A stretch of DNA of 64,000 bases from Leptospira sp. (GTDB taxonomy: Bacteria; Spirochaetota; Leptospiria; Leptospirales; Leptospiraceae). Position numbers and translations under genes: made by a program. Within the stretch, counting starts at the first letter, position 1. The number at the start of each line of letters is the position of its first letter. The notes beneath the pieces were generated by a model that did not search any database, had not been told where the DNA came from, and was given only the letters and a program-made list of their open reading frames with translations. Of this stretch, positions 10,376 to 21,232 are shown in pieces. Location: positions 160,001-224,000 of the forward strand of contig JAWXAQ010000007.1 in NCBI GenBank assembly GCA_034439575.1. The letters are read 5' to 3'.

Positions 10376-10981
10376 TTGCTAGAATTCAATTATAAACGGG
10401 AAAAACAAAATATCCTGATCTCCCTGAAAACCGATACGACTCAATTCGGTACGTTTCACCGCATAGCGACTATTATTTATGCCTTAAAATTAGACATTTT
10501 GTCAGGTGAACTTGGCACTGTGGAAGAGAATGGACATCATTATACTGTCGATTCATTCATTTTGCAGGCAGATGAAAATACGGTATCTCAAGCGGCTTTT
10601 CAATTAGGTGTAATGATGGATTCATTATTTTCTAAAAATGCAAAATTTGAAGAAATACTCTCAAAATTGCAAATTCAAGAACCTGCAGTGAGCACATTCT
10701 TTAAAGAAAATCCGGAATTCATATTTTCTGACATCCATGAAAAAAATGAGACATGCCTTTATTTAGAATCTAGTGCAGGTCGTGGTCTTCTTTATTATGT
10801 TTCGCGCATATTAATGGAGAATAAGATCAATATTATTTCGGCAACGATTGAGACAGATCCGATAAACGGCAGAGCAAAAGATAGTTTTTATTTAACAAAT
10901 TCTGAAGGTGAGATGTTCGCATCTTCTCCGTTAGCGGAAAAGATACGAACTCAAATTTTAGCTCCTATAAAAACTAGTTAA
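10376..10981 (+). CDS. Tandem ACT-domain protein resembling the GlnD C-terminus
   Basis: GRGLLYYVSRIL...INIISATIET...AKDSFYL with a similar first repeat ending VDSFIL; TTG start. Confidence 0.65.
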   Translation: MLEFNYKREKQNILISLKTDTTQFGTFHRIATIIYALKLDILSGELGTVEENGHHYTVDSFILQADENTVSQAAFQLGVMMDSLFSKNAKFEEILSKLQIQEPAVSTFFKENPEFIFSDIHEKNETCLYLESSAGRGLLYYVSRILMENKINIISATIETDPINGRAKDSFYLTNSEGEMFASSPLAEKIRTQILAPIKTS

Positions 10982-10982
10982 A

Positions 10983-11654
10983 CTAGTTTTTACAAAGTAC
11001 TTTGTGTTTTTCCGATTTCAAGATCGTAACTGATTTTCCAGTTTTGAAATTGAATGCAAAAGCTTTGGTGTTGTTCGCAAAGTTTTTTGTCCAATAAACA
11101 TCATCTGTTTTTAAATCTGAAGCTGCTTCCTTTGAATAGTCAGCAAATTCTTGACGGGATGGTAAAATAGCACCTAACTTTTCACAGTAGGATCCAGCTT
11201 CTTCCCATTTTTTTCCTGATTCAATTTTATCAACAGCAAACTTTTTAACTTCCGCTTTAGCTGCTTCTTCAGGAGCAGTTGTTGATTCAGTTACTTCAGC
11301 TGGTTTTTTATCTACTTTCACTTCTGGAGTTTCAACTTTAGTTTGATTAGGTAGAGTTTCTGCTGATTTACTTTTGTATTTCGCATAACCTAAGTAACCG
11401 ATCGCTGCTACTCCTGCTAAAACTAAAAACAAATAAACCCCGTTGCCAGATTCATTTTTTTCATTCTTATCTTTTGAACTTGTCGATACCGCCGCTGATT
11501 GAAGAGATACTTGTGCCGATTCGTCATTTGAAAATAGAGAAGCTGATTCCTCTCTCATAGACGGCTTTTTTACAGTTGTAGATTTCTTCTTTGCTGCCTG
11601 CTTTTTAGGCGCAGCCTTCTTCTTAGCGGCAGAAGATGATTTTTTCGTTGCCAT
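10983..11654 (-). CDS. Bitopic membrane protein with Lys/Ala-rich N-terminus and lectin-like/DUF1566-like C-terminal domain
   Basis: KKKAAPKKQAAKKK tract, one TM helix, then W.EA..YC..LG..LPS..E, YWT and a terminal VLC. Confidence 0.6.
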   Translation of the reverse strand: MATKKSSSAAKKKAAPKKQAAKKKSTTVKKPSMREESASLFSNDESAQVSLQSAAVSTSSKDKNEKNESGNGVYLFLVLAGVAAIGYLGYAKYKSKSAETLPNQTKVETPEVKVDKKPAEVTESTTAPEEAAKAEVKKFAVDKIESGKKWEEAGSYCEKLGAILPSRQEFADYSKEAASDLKTDDVYWTKNFANNTKAFAFNFKTGKSVTILKSEKHKVLCKN

Positions 11655-11798
11655 ATAGAATATCCTTATTGCCGAGACAATGCTTATATTAGTTATCTCA
11701 AGGAATTCAAAAATGCTTAAGAAGTTCTTCTCAAATTTGAAATTTTTTGATTTTTTTTTAAGTGTCCTATGATTTTCGAATCAGAAACTTGCATTTAG

Positions 11799-13082
11799 AT
11801 GAAACAAATTCGAATCGGACTCGTGGGTGCTGGAGTGGTTGGATCAAATCTACTCCAACTACTGGAAAAAAATAAAAAGACAATCCAAACTCGAAATCAA
11901 TTGGATATTGAAGTCGTAGCCATTGCCACAAGGACTCCATCTAAAGTGCAAGGTTTTGCACAGATCCCGGTTTCCACTGATCCGTTATCCATCACTCAAA
12001 ATCCGAATGTAGACTTAGTCGTAGAACTTATCGGTGGAACGACCACCGCTTACACTATCGTTCAAAATGCACTGAGCAATGGTAAACCTGTCATTACTGC
12101 AAATAAGGCTCTTCTTTCTGACCGAGGTGATGAAATATTTCAATTAGCAAAAGAAAAGGGCCTTGAGATTGGATATGAAGCCGCGGTTGCTGGTTCAATA
12201 CCGATCATTCGCACATTACGAGATGGATTGGCTTCTTGTGAATTTGAAGTTATCTGCGGAATTTTAAACGGAACTACAAATTTCATTCTAACAAAAATGG
12301 AAGAAGAAAATTGGAATTATGAAGTAGCGTTAAAGAAAGCACAAGACCTTGGTTTTGCCGAAGCAGATCCGACCTTTGATGTGGAAGGTATCGATGCAGC
12401 ACATAAGATATCTCTCCTTTCCTCACTCGCATTTCGAACAAAAGTTCCATTTAATTTTTTGAATGTCGAAGGAATCAGCAAATTGCAAGCAATTGATATT
12501 GCATCTAGCAAATCTCTCGGATATAGAATTAAATTACTTGGTATAGCTAAACGAATAAACAATGTTATCCTATCAAAAGTCCATCCAACGCTTGTGCCAC
12601 TAAACCATCCTTTGGCGAGTGTTATGAATGAATCAAATGCCGTTTATTATAAGACAGCTGAGGCTGGGGCTGGTATGGTTACGGGTAAGGGAGCTGGTGG
12701 ACTTCCGACGGCAAGTGCAGTACTAGCTGATTTGATATATTACGGATCGCGATTCAAAGTTCAAAATACCCTCATAGAAAATAATATTTACCCACTGGCA
12801 GAAAAATTTCCCGAAGAAAGCAATAAAGTTCGATACTATTTACGCTTTTCGACTTTAGATAAACCAGGAGTTCTTGCTGAAATAGCTCGAATTTTAGGCA
12901 AAAATAATATTTCCATAGCGTCCGTTCAACAAAAAGAATCAAATACCGAGCCTGTGAATGTAATCGTAGTGACACATGAAGCCTTGGAAGGCGATTTTAA
13001 AAAATCAATTCAAGAAATTGATCAACTTACATCGTTTATAAAAGAAAAAACGGTAGCCATTCGACTTCTAGAAAACTTATAA
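11799..13082 (+). CDS. hom: Homoserine dehydrogenase with C-terminal ACT domain
   Basis: GAGVVG, TANKA, EAAVAG, NGTTNF, GFAEADP, GAG..PTASA and DKPGVL motifs. Confidence 0.96.
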   Translation: MKQIRIGLVGAGVVGSNLLQLLEKNKKTIQTRNQLDIEVVAIATRTPSKVQGFAQIPVSTDPLSITQNPNVDLVVELIGGTTTAYTIVQNALSNGKPVITANKALLSDRGDEIFQLAKEKGLEIGYEAAVAGSIPIIRTLRDGLASCEFEVICGILNGTTNFILTKMEEENWNYEVALKKAQDLGFAEADPTFDVEGIDAAHKISLLSSLAFRTKVPFNFLNVEGISKLQAIDIASSKSLGYRIKLLGIAKRINNVILSKVHPTLVPLNHPLASVMNESNAVYYKTAEAGAGMVTGKGAGGLPTASAVLADLIYYGSRFKVQNTLIENNIYPLAEKFPEESNKVRYYLRFSTLDKPGVLAEIARILGKNNISIASVQQKESNTEPVNVIVVTHEALEGDFKKSIQEIDQLTSFIKEKTVAIRLLENL

Positions 13083-13104
13083 TTACTTCAGGCCAAATCT
13101 AATT

Positions 13105-13475
13105 ATGAGATCTATTGAATTTTCATCCTTAACTCTCAATCTTGAAGACCAAACAATAGGAAACGAAAGTGTTCTTATCGTTGCTTTTAATGGCCAAATC
13201 ACAAACACTAACGCCTATGAAATCAATGGAAAAATTTCTGAAATTTTTCAGGGCAATATTTTCAATATCATTTTAGATCTCACAAATTTACAATATATCA
13301 ATAGTATAGGTGTTGCCACTTTACTCGGTATGATTAAGACCGTAGAACAAAACAAAGGTAAGATGTACATTGGTGGATTAAATCATTTTTTGGAAAACGT
13401 AATCAAACTTATGGAATTGCCAAGCAAATAAAAATATATCCTTCACGCGACGCAGCGATTTCAAATTGGGTTTAA
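13105..13475 (+). CDS. STAS-domain protein with an apparent 1-bp frameshift near the C-terminus (in-frame stop at 13431)
   Basis: [12 protein letters not shown] motif. Adding one A at about 13428 restores [16 protein letters not shown], a typical STAS ending. Confidence 0.8.
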
Positions 13476-15113
13476 GGTTTCGCCCTTTTTTTCTTCCCAG
13501 ATTTTATTTTCTATAATTTCAAGCAATTCTTCCAGTCCCTGTTTTTTTCCAGCTGATACAAGTATCTCACCATTTTCTTTTAGTGGTAAAATCATCTCTT
13601 CTTCAATCTGATCCACTTTGTTATAAATGACTAATCGCGGTATTTCATGTAGGTTGAGACTATTCAAAATTCCATCTACTGCTTCCATTTGTTCGGTATA
13701 ATTTGGATTTGAAATATCGACCACGTGAAGAAGTAAATCAGCATCGCCTAACTCTTCGAGAGTTGCTTTAAATGCTTGGGATAAATCTGGTGGAAGATCA
13801 TGAATAAAACCAACAGTATCTGAAATGATAATCTCTCTTTCTTTTGGAAATCGAATCCTTCTAGTTGTCGGATCCAGAGTGGCAAATAGTTTGTCCTCTG
13901 CAGTTACAGTTGAATTTGTTAGAGCATTTAAAAGTGTTGATTTGCCAGCATTCGTATAACCGACGATAGCAACTATAGGAACTTCATTTCGAGTTCTAGC
14001 CTTGCGATTTAATTCCCTTCTTTTTTTGAGAGAGAGAAGTTCATTTTCTAATCGAGTAATTTTTTCTTCAACACGACGATTTCCTATCTCCAGTTTAGTT
14101 TCACCAGGCCCTCGACCTCCGATACCACCAGTTAGGCGAGACATATTGTCGTCTAATTCTGACAAACGATTTTTCAAATATTTTAATTGAGCTAATTCTA
14201 CTTGTAATTTACCATCGCGTGACTTCGCATTCTTTGAAAAAATATCCAGAATTAATTGTGTTCTATCTATGATTTTTAAATCACTGATATCGGAAATTTT
14301 TTTGGCTTGGGAAGGCGCGAGTTCTAAATCAAATATCAAAAGTTCTATATCTTTATGAACGGATTTAAGTATAATCTCTTGTAATTTTCCCTTACCGACG
14401 ACAGTCGAAGGATCAGCAGGTTTTTTCTGAACATAGGTATCTACGACATGAATGCCGGCAGTTTTACACAGTTCTTTCAACTCATCCATAGAATGTTCAG
14501 GGGTACGTTTCATTTTACGAACATCATAAACGCCAACGAGAAAGGCTCGATTCAATAATTGGGATTCTTTTAGATTAGAATTTTTTTTGGTGAACTCAGA
14601 TTCCAGAGCCAAAATTTCTTCCGTATAACCTTCCTTAATCTGTCCTGGAAAAACTTTTTGATCAAGTACCCAGGGATCTTCTGCATCGGGGTCAGGATTA
14701 ATAAATGCAGAATAAAAAAACTTGGGGATTCCTGATTCATCCACGACTGCCGCCGTGATCGAATCAAACCGATTCAAAACAAGATCCATAAGATCTTCTT
14801 GGTTTAAGTTTTCATTTTTTAAGTGAGTATGAAATAGCCGGAGCCCTCGTAAACGAGACTGAGCAACGCGCACTCGATCAAGATGGGGAATTTCTATCGA
14901 ATGATCACTGCCTACAATCAAATGTGTGACATAACCGGAACGGTCAATCAACGTTCCAATTTGTCGTTTAATTTCTATAGATAACTCACCTGTAGCTCGA
15001 GCAAACTCCTGGGTGACAATGGAATCACTACGAAGTCTGCGCTCAGACAGAGATTTTAACTTTTTTATCTGATTTGGCTTGAGTCCATTTAGATTGCCGC
15101 TAATTTTACTTAT
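13461..15113 (-). CDS. hflX: GTPase HflX, long form, probable non-AUG start
   Basis: [26 protein letters not shown] and NKVD motifs. The frame stays open 54 codons above the TTG at 14951 and encodes [16 protein letters not shown]...RQIG.LIDR. Confidence 0.93.
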   Translation of the reverse strand: MSKISGNLNGLKPNQIKKLKSLSERRLRSDSIVTQEFARATGELSIEIKRQIGTLIDRSGYVTHLIVGSDHSIEIPHLDRVRVAQSRLRGLRLFHTHLKNENLNQEDLMDLVLNRFDSITAAVVDESGIPKFFYSAFINPDPDAEDPWVLDQKVFPGQIKEGYTEEILALESEFTKKNSNLKESQLLNRAFLVGVYDVRKMKRTPEHSMDELKELCKTAGIHVVDTYVQKKPADPSTVVGKGKLQEIILKSVHKDIELLIFDLELAPSQAKKISDISDLKIIDRTQLILDIFSKNAKSRDGKLQVELAQLKYLKNRLSELDDNMSRLTGGIGGRGPGETKLEIGNRRVEEKITRLENELLSLKKRRELNRKARTRNEVPIVAIVGYTNAGKSTLLNALTNSTVTAEDKLFATLDPTTRRIRFPKEREIIISDTVGFIHDLPPDLSQAFKATLEELGDADLLLHVVDISNPNYTEQMEAVDGILNSLNLHEIPRLVIYNKVDQIEEEMILPLKENGEILVSAGKKQGLEELLEIIENKIWEEKKGETLNPI

Positions 15114-15137
15114 GGTAGCTTACCGATATAATATAGT

Positions 15138-17036
15138 ATGGAAATAGGCTTTCACAAAACTAAACAGGGTCAAGACATAATTTCAAGAATCGGCCTGCTA
15201 ACAATTTTGCTCTTTATTATAAGTTGTAGTTCGACCAAGCCCTTTCAGTTAACAGACGTATCACCTAAATATAGAGAATTTCAAGGTACTGATTTGGATC
15301 CTGGAAATGGAAAAACTGAATCAATCGTACTTACAAAAAATCAGATTTATGATGATTTCATACTTAAAGCTAACAAAAGTATTCGCGAATTAGAATTTGC
15401 CGAAACCGTTGCACAGCAAGGCGAAAATAAAAAGGCAAATAATGAGCCTATCCAAAGAGAAATGAATGCGGCTGGTTATATTCTAGAAGACCTTCCGAAC
15501 ACAGTAGCAGAATTACCTTCACTACGGAAAAAGAATATTGAATTAATTGAAGCTTCACCTAACGACTTCGAAGGTCCAAGTATGGGAAAAGTGGGAAGCG
15601 AACTTGCACGAATTCAAGAAAAATTAAATGTACTTACTCCAAAATCTGAAAAGATTTTACAGTCTCTAAAAAACTTACGTTCCGATAGTTCCAACTATTC
15701 TACTACTCGTGAAGCTGAAGTTAAAAAAGAAGAAACACCACAAGATACGAAAAGTGATCCAATCATATTAACAGAAACTGTTGAATCAAAACCTGTAGAA
15801 AACAAAAAAGAAGATAAGAAAGATAAAAATAATAAATCAAAAATTGCAATTAACAGAGTTCCTAAGAAAAATAAAGTTACCGGCACCACAAAAGATTTGT
15901 TCAAAGAAGAAATTAGACAAATAGAAGACACTCTCAGTGATGATGAACGAAAAGAAAAAGAATACACTGAAAAAATCAGAAGTGGACTAGTAGAAGTTTT
16001 TAAATGGGAATACTTTCGAAAACCAAAGAATCTAGAAAAATTATTAATAACTCATCCTATCCCAAGAGTTAGATCTGCTGCAGCATTGGCACTGGGAAGA
16101 TTAAAGGCGGGTAGAATTGCTCTTCATCATGCCATTGACAAGGATGGTTATCAAGTTCGTCCGGCCGCTTATAAAGCATTATCAGAATTAGGTGATAAAA
16201 AATCGTTAGCCTATTTTCTTTCTGGAACTAAAGCAGAAGATATCGAAGTGATAGCCGCAAGTTATGAAGGATTAGGAAAAACCAAAGATCCAGCTGGTCG
16301 AGAATTGATCATTTCTCAAGGATTGAATTCAGAGTATGTAATCGTAGTTGCGAGTTCCATTAGAGGACTAGCATATAATAAAGTACCTGGTGATGTTTCG
16401 CTCTTAGAGAAATTTTTAAAGTCAGCAGAAGAACCTGAAATTAAGGATGCTGCTGTAGAAGCATTGTCAATACACGGAAGCCGAGAAGCCCTTCGTGTAT
16501 TAGAAGAAAACGTTAAAGAGCAACCCGAGTTATCTGCAAAAATTTTGGAAGCTATTGGTAAAAATCCTAGTTTAGCTGCAACATTTTCACTCATAAGACT
16601 CAATGAAATAATTGAGGATGAAAAGTTGACAAAACTTATAGGTGAAAATTTACTTCGAAAGAAAGCATTTGGAAAATATGCAATCGTACTTGTCCAAGAT
16701 GATTTTTTAAGACTAGAACCAAATGAAAGATCAAGACCAGTTTCCTATGTTAAAGCGAAAGAAATCGGTCTAGTACTTGGAGAATCAAAAAAGGAATTCG
16801 CTGTCCGATTGGGTGAAGAAATTATCACTGATAAGTATATGCAGCTCAAAATGGAATCAACGATTCCAGGCAGCCGAAGCCCATTTACTACAGGATGGAT
16901 TTTTTATCCGAAAATCGAAATTATCGAAGTAAAAAAGTTAGGTGATGATAATGAAGAAAAATATTCTAATTTGAAAAAAGGAAAACATCAGAATATTTTT
17001 AATCCTATCAAAGATAAAACTAAGGAAAAAGAATAA
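15138..17036 (+). CDS. HEAT-repeat lipoprotein with probable C-terminal SH3b-like domain
   Basis: Lipobox FIISC; VRSAAALALG and VRPAAYKAL repeats; LR.EP...S...GWIF near the C-terminus. Confidence 0.75.
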   Translation: MEIGFHKTKQGQDIISRIGLLTILLFIISCSSTKPFQLTDVSPKYREFQGTDLDPGNGKTESIVLTKNQIYDDFILKANKSIRELEFAETVAQQGENKKANNEPIQREMNAAGYILEDLPNTVAELPSLRKKNIELIEASPNDFEGPSMGKVGSELARIQEKLNVLTPKSEKILQSLKNLRSDSSNYSTTREAEVKKEETPQDTKSDPIILTETVESKPVENKKEDKKDKNNKSKIAINRVPKKNKVTGTTKDLFKEEIRQIEDTLSDDERKEKEYTEKIRSGLVEVFKWEYFRKPKNLEKLLITHPIPRVRSAAALALGRLKAGRIALHHAIDKDGYQVRPAAYKALSELGDKKSLAYFLSGTKAEDIEVIAASYEGLGKTKDPAGRELIISQGLNSEYVIVVASSIRGLAYNKVPGDVSLLEKFLKSAEEPEIKDAAVEALSIHGSREALRVLEENVKEQPELSAKILEAIGKNPSLAATFSLIRLNEIIEDEKLTKLIGENLLRKKAFGKYAIVLVQDDFLRLEPNERSRPVSYVKAKEIGLVLGESKKEFAVRLGEEIITDKYMQLKMESTIPGSRSPFTTGWIFYPKIEIIEVKKLGDDNEEKYSNLKKGKHQNIFNPIKDKTKEKE

Positions 17037-17051
17037 TTCGATTATAAAGAA

Positions 17052-17462
17052 TTAGTCATTCAAAAAAGGAATGGTCTGATTCTTTATTTTAATTGTTGGG
17101 AAGAAAAGTACCTCTCCTTTCTTTAGAGGTACTTTTGGTATCATCCAATGAAGTCCACAAAACCAAGATAAAAAGTATCTTGATATCCACATCACACCGA
17201 GAACATCAAATCCAGTCGAAGCTATCACTATTACTCCTTTGTATCCTGATTTGTAAATTTTTCTCATCATCCACAGCCCAGATGTTTGTGTTTCCATAGT
17301 GATATCGGAAATTATCATATCATACGTTTTCCCTGAATTAAATAATTCTAATCCTTGTTTGGCGTCAATAGCACGATCACTTTGAATTGATTTTGAATCC
17401 AAATAAACTTTGAGATTTATTGCATATTTGTCATTATCATCAACGATTAATACTCGCATCAC
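17052..17462 (-). CDS. Single-domain response regulator
   Basis: [20 protein letters not shown] and PK motifs. Confidence 0.85.
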   Translation of the reverse strand: MMRVLIVDDNDKYAINLKVYLDSKSIQSDRAIDAKQGLELFNSGKTYDMIISDITMETQTSGLWMMRKIYKSGYKGVIVIASTGFDVLGVMWISRYFLSWFCGLHWMIPKVPLKKGEVLFFPTIKIKNQTIPFLND

Positions 17463-19354
17463 ATTTGTACCTCGGCATCAAGGAATTGACTGTCATACAA
17501 TTTTTTATATATCCCATTTTGAGATAATAGGAAGTCATGATCTCCCATTTCCTTTATCTCACCTTCTTCGATGACGACAATATTCTTCACTCGCCTAATT
17601 GTAGATAATCTATGTGCAATAATAAATGTAGTTCTATTTTTAAAAAGCCTCTCTAATGCTCTAGTTACAAGTCGTTCCGATTCGGCATCAAGAGCGCTAG
17701 TCGCTTCATCTAATATCATTATTTCTGGATTTCGTAATAATGCTCTTGCTATGACCAATCGTTGTCTTTGCCCACCACTCAGATCCAAACCGCGTACACC
17801 AATGATAGAGTCATATCCATTTTCCATTTTCATAATAAAGTCATGAGCATTGGCAAGTCTTGCTGCCCGAACCACATCACTTCGTTTAGATGCACTTGTA
17901 CCATAGGCGATATTATCTGCGATAGTTCCGTGAAATAAAAAGATTTCCTGTGTAACGATACCTATTTTACTCCGCAAAGATTTTAAAGTCACATCTCTTA
18001 TATCATGTTTATCTATAATGATCCGACCTTGAGTAGGGTCAAAAAATCTAGGTATCAAATCCATAAGAGTAGATTTACCACTGCCACTTGTTCCGACAAA
18101 TGCGTATGTTTCACCTAACTTTACATCTAAATTGATTCCTCTTAGTACTTCTTGATTTGTACCTGGATAAGAAAAATGAAGGTTATCAAATACAATTCCT
18201 TCTTTGATGGTTTCTAAATTCAATTTGCCTTTCTGTTCTTCTATTTCAGAGTCACGATCAATGATTTCAAAAATTCTTTTTCCGGCAGCATTTGCTTGTG
18301 TAATTTTTCCTACCATTTGAGAGAGTTGAGTTAAAGGACGGAGTAAAAATAGTAAAATTAATAGAAAAGTCATAAACTCGCCTTGAGTAAACTTTCCTGC
18401 ATAAATAAATTTAGCACCTAATGCAAAGTATCCTAATACTACGATTGAAGATGTTAACTCCACCAAACTCGGTGCCATTTGAAGATAAAATTGTCCTTTG
18501 AAATTTCGTTTATAAACTTTATCATTTATATTCTTAAATTTTTTGATTTCAGATTTTTCTTGTCTGAATGTTCTAATCACTTTAATTCCAGAGATAAATT
18601 CTTGGATATGCCCATTTAGATCGGCAAGACGTTCTTGCAATCTGGTGGTCGAACTTGAAATTTTTCGTGTAAACAATGTTACAGGCAAGATCACCACTGG
18701 TATCGTAATACATGCCAATATTAAAAGTTCAGTATTCATATAGATCAATATTAGTAAATGAGTCAGGACATAAAAAAAGTTGATAAGCGCATCACGAAAG
18801 TTACTTGATATTACCGCCGCAACTATCTCGGCATCATTGATAACTCTACTCATGATCAGTCCAGTTTTTTCTTTGTAAAAATATGTGAGAGGTAACCTTT
18901 GAACTTTGTCAAAAAGTTCCTGGCGGATATCTCGGACAGCTCGGTATCCGGAGGTAGCTATACAATAAACTGAAATAAGATATGTGAGCATTTTTAATAA
19001 ATACAAAGGAAAAACAGCAATGCAGACTGTCCAAACTACCTCCTTTGGTTCCATATCCTTAGTATATTCATTTAATTGAAGTTTTATGGAAATGATAACA
19101 CGCTTTATGCGATCAAGGCCATCAAGAAATTCTTCTCCCATATAAATTTCTTCAACAAGGATAGTTTTTTCTGGATTTGTTAATTCAAAGTGAAGTCGTT
19201 TTGTAGTATCCCCACCTAAAGAATCAAAAAGTGGAACAAGAGATGTTAAAGATATTCCATTTAAAATAGCTGTTAATAATGCAAAAACCAAACCGAGTAC
19301 AAATCGATTTCGGTAATTAAATGAATATTTCATCAAACGGATAAAATACTTCAT
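17459..19354 (-). CDS. MsbA-like ABC exporter (TMD plus NBD)
   Basis: TM domain, [25 protein letters not shown] and IAHRLST motifs. Confidence 0.92.
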   Translation of the reverse strand: MKYFIRLMKYSFNYRNRFVLGLVFALLTAILNGISLTSLVPLFDSLGGDTTKRLHFELTNPEKTILVEEIYMGEEFLDGLDRIKRVIISIKLQLNEYTKDMEPKEVVWTVCIAVFPLYLLKMLTYLISVYCIATSGYRAVRDIRQELFDKVQRLPLTYFYKEKTGLIMSRVINDAEIVAAVISSNFRDALINFFYVLTHLLILIYMNTELLILACITIPVVILPVTLFTRKISSSTTRLQERLADLNGHIQEFISGIKVIRTFRQEKSEIKKFKNINDKVYKRNFKGQFYLQMAPSLVELTSSIVVLGYFALGAKFIYAGKFTQGEFMTFLLILLFLLRPLTQLSQMVGKITQANAAGKRIFEIIDRDSEIEEQKGKLNLETIKEGIVFDNLHFSYPGTNQEVLRGINLDVKLGETYAFVGTSGSGKSTLMDLIPRFFDPTQGRIIIDKHDIRDVTLKSLRSKIGIVTQEIFLFHGTIADNIAYGTSASKRSDVVRAARLANAHDFIMKMENGYDSIIGVRGLDLSGGQRQRLVIARALLRNPEIMILDEATSALDAESERLVTRALERLFKNRTTFIIAHRLSTIRRVKNIVVIEEGEIKEMGDHDFLLSQNGIYKKLYDSQFLDAEVQM

Positions 19355-19915
19355 TTATATACGTTTCTCACAAAAAGTTTTTAGCAATGTTTTACCATGT
19401 TCTGTTAAAATTGATTCGGGGTGAAATTGGATTCCATAAACATGTGGATCCGACTTTGACTCGATACCCATAATTAATCCATCCTTGGTCCTTGCTGTCA
19501 CTTCCAATTCCGATGGAAATTGGTCTGGAGAAACTACCCAGGAATGGTATCTATTGGCTAAGAATTGATTAGGAACCGAATGAAACACACCTTGATTTTT
19601 ATGAATTATTTCTGAGACTCGGCCATGAAATATATCTGGTGTTTTTTCCAATTTTGCACCGTAGTATTCTGCAATGGCTTGGTGTCCTAAACAAACACCT
19701 AACACGGGAATTTTTCCGATTATTTTTTGAAGATAAGACATGAGTAACCCAGAAGTTTTTGGAAGCCCAGGTCCAGGAGAAATAACAACGGAAGAAAGTA
19801 GTGCCAGATCAGGAAGTTCTTCGTTATTTTTGATTACTTTTACCTGATCCCATTCCATCAAATATTGGAAAAGAATATAGGTAAAAGAATCAAAGTTATC
19901 TATAAGTAAAATCAC
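19355..19915 (-). CDS. Class I glutamine amidotransferase (PabA/TrpG family), probable PabA
   Basis: IDNFDSFT, SPGPG, GVCLGHQ, RYHS and QFHPES motifs; GTG start. Confidence 0.88.
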   Translation of the reverse strand: MILLIDNFDSFTYILFQYLMEWDQVKVIKNNEELPDLALLSSVVISPGPGLPKTSGLLMSYLQKIIGKIPVLGVCLGHQAIAEYYGAKLEKTPDIFHGRVSEIIHKNQGVFHSVPNQFLANRYHSWVVSPDQFPSELEVTARTKDGLIMGIESKSDPHVYGIQFHPESILTEHGKTLLKTFCEKRI

Positions 19916-19939
19916 TTATGAGACTATAAATTAATTTCC

Positions 19940-21106
19940 TTATAAATTCGGACTTTCTATTCCGACTCCATCATTTAGAAATTTAGAAATGATCACTCTT
20001 TGGATTTGTGAAGTACCTTCGTAAATTTGGAAAATTTTAGCATCACGCATCAATTTTTCTACAGGATATTCTTCATTGAATCCGTAACCACCAAAGATTT
20101 GTACGGCGTCAGTCGCGACACGCATTGCCATATCTGCACAAAATACTTTGGCAATGGATGCTTGGTATGTATTGCGCATTTTGTTGTCAATAAGCCAAGC
20201 TGATTGCCAACATAACAATCGACCCGCTTCAATATCTCGTGCCATCTCAGCCAAAATAAAGGATACGCCTTGGTTTACAGAAATTGGTTTTCCAAATGCA
20301 TTTCTTGTGTTCGCATAACGAACGGAATGATCAAGTGCAGCTCTCGCAACACCAACGGCACCTATTGCCACAGCTGGTCTTGTTTGATCAAACGCACCCA
20401 TTGCAATTTTAAAACCCTCGCCTTCCTTTCCGATAATTTGTGATTTATGAACTTTTACGTCTTCAAAAGTCATCCCTCGTGTATCGGAACAACGTTGGCC
20501 CATATTTTTTTCTTTTTTGCCGAGAATGATTCCAGGCGTCTTCGCATCAACGATGAATCCCGTCATACCTTTGTGACCAGCTGTCGGATCGGTTTTTGCT
20601 AATACAAAAAACCAATCCGCATGACCAGCGTTAGTGATCCACATTTTGGAACCATTAATCACGTAATCATCACCAACTCTTTTTGCAACGGTTCGAATTC
20701 CTGCTACATCGGAACCAGCACCTGGTTCTGTTACAGCATAGGCCGCTAATGTAAATGTATCATTCATAGGTTGAATGAATTTTTTCATAATTTCATCACT
20801 TGCACCTAACAAAACCGGTGCTAGTGCTAGGTTATTTGCCAAAATAGCTGTAGCCATACCAGAACATGCGTAAAATAATTCTTCGGAAGAAATCAATTCA
20901 TCCAGAACCCCTAGACCTGCTCCACCATATTCAACCGGAATATGCAAATTCATAAGTCCGATTGCATGAGCTTTTTTGAGTATTTCTTTTGGAAATTCCC
21001 CTGTATGATCGTGGTGTTCTGCTTTGGGAGCTATTTCATTTTTTGCGAAATCTCGTGCAAGATCTCTAAGTGCTTTTTGTTCGTCGGTTATTGAAAAATC
21101 GATCAT
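19940..21106 (-). CDS. Acyl-CoA dehydrogenase
   Basis: [24 protein letters not shown] and IYEGTSQIQ motifs. Confidence 0.95.
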   Translation of the reverse strand: MIDFSITDEQKALRDLARDFAKNEIAPKAEHHDHTGEFPKEILKKAHAIGLMNLHIPVEYGGAGLGVLDELISSEELFYACSGMATAILANNLALAPVLLGASDEIMKKFIQPMNDTFTLAAYAVTEPGAGSDVAGIRTVAKRVGDDYVINGSKMWITNAGHADWFFVLAKTDPTAGHKGMTGFIVDAKTPGIILGKKEKNMGQRCSDTRGMTFEDVKVHKSQIIGKEGEGFKIAMGAFDQTRPAVAIGAVGVARAALDHSVRYANTRNAFGKPISVNQGVSFILAEMARDIEAGRLLCWQSAWLIDNKMRNTYQASIAKVFCADMAMRVATDAVQIFGGYGFNEEYPVEKLMRDAKIFQIYEGTSQIQRVIISKFLNDGVGIESPNL

Positions 21107-21232
21107 GACATGCCTTATTACGGTTTTTTTTACAGTACTTTGTATTTTTATCCTACCGTCAAGAAACTAGGGCTAAAAGGAAATCTGTTGAAAAATCCTA
21201 TATTTCAAAAAGAATAGTTATGGGAGCAAACT

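Noticed and set aside
19355-19915. Second TrpG-like gene as a novel duplication
   Set aside because: Separate PabA and TrpG paralogues are common.
21107-21232. Short inverted repeats between the acyl-CoA dehydrogenase gene and yebC (TTGAAA...TTTCAA; TACAGTACTTTGTA)
   Set aside because: Short and AT-rich, so expected by chance at this base composition.
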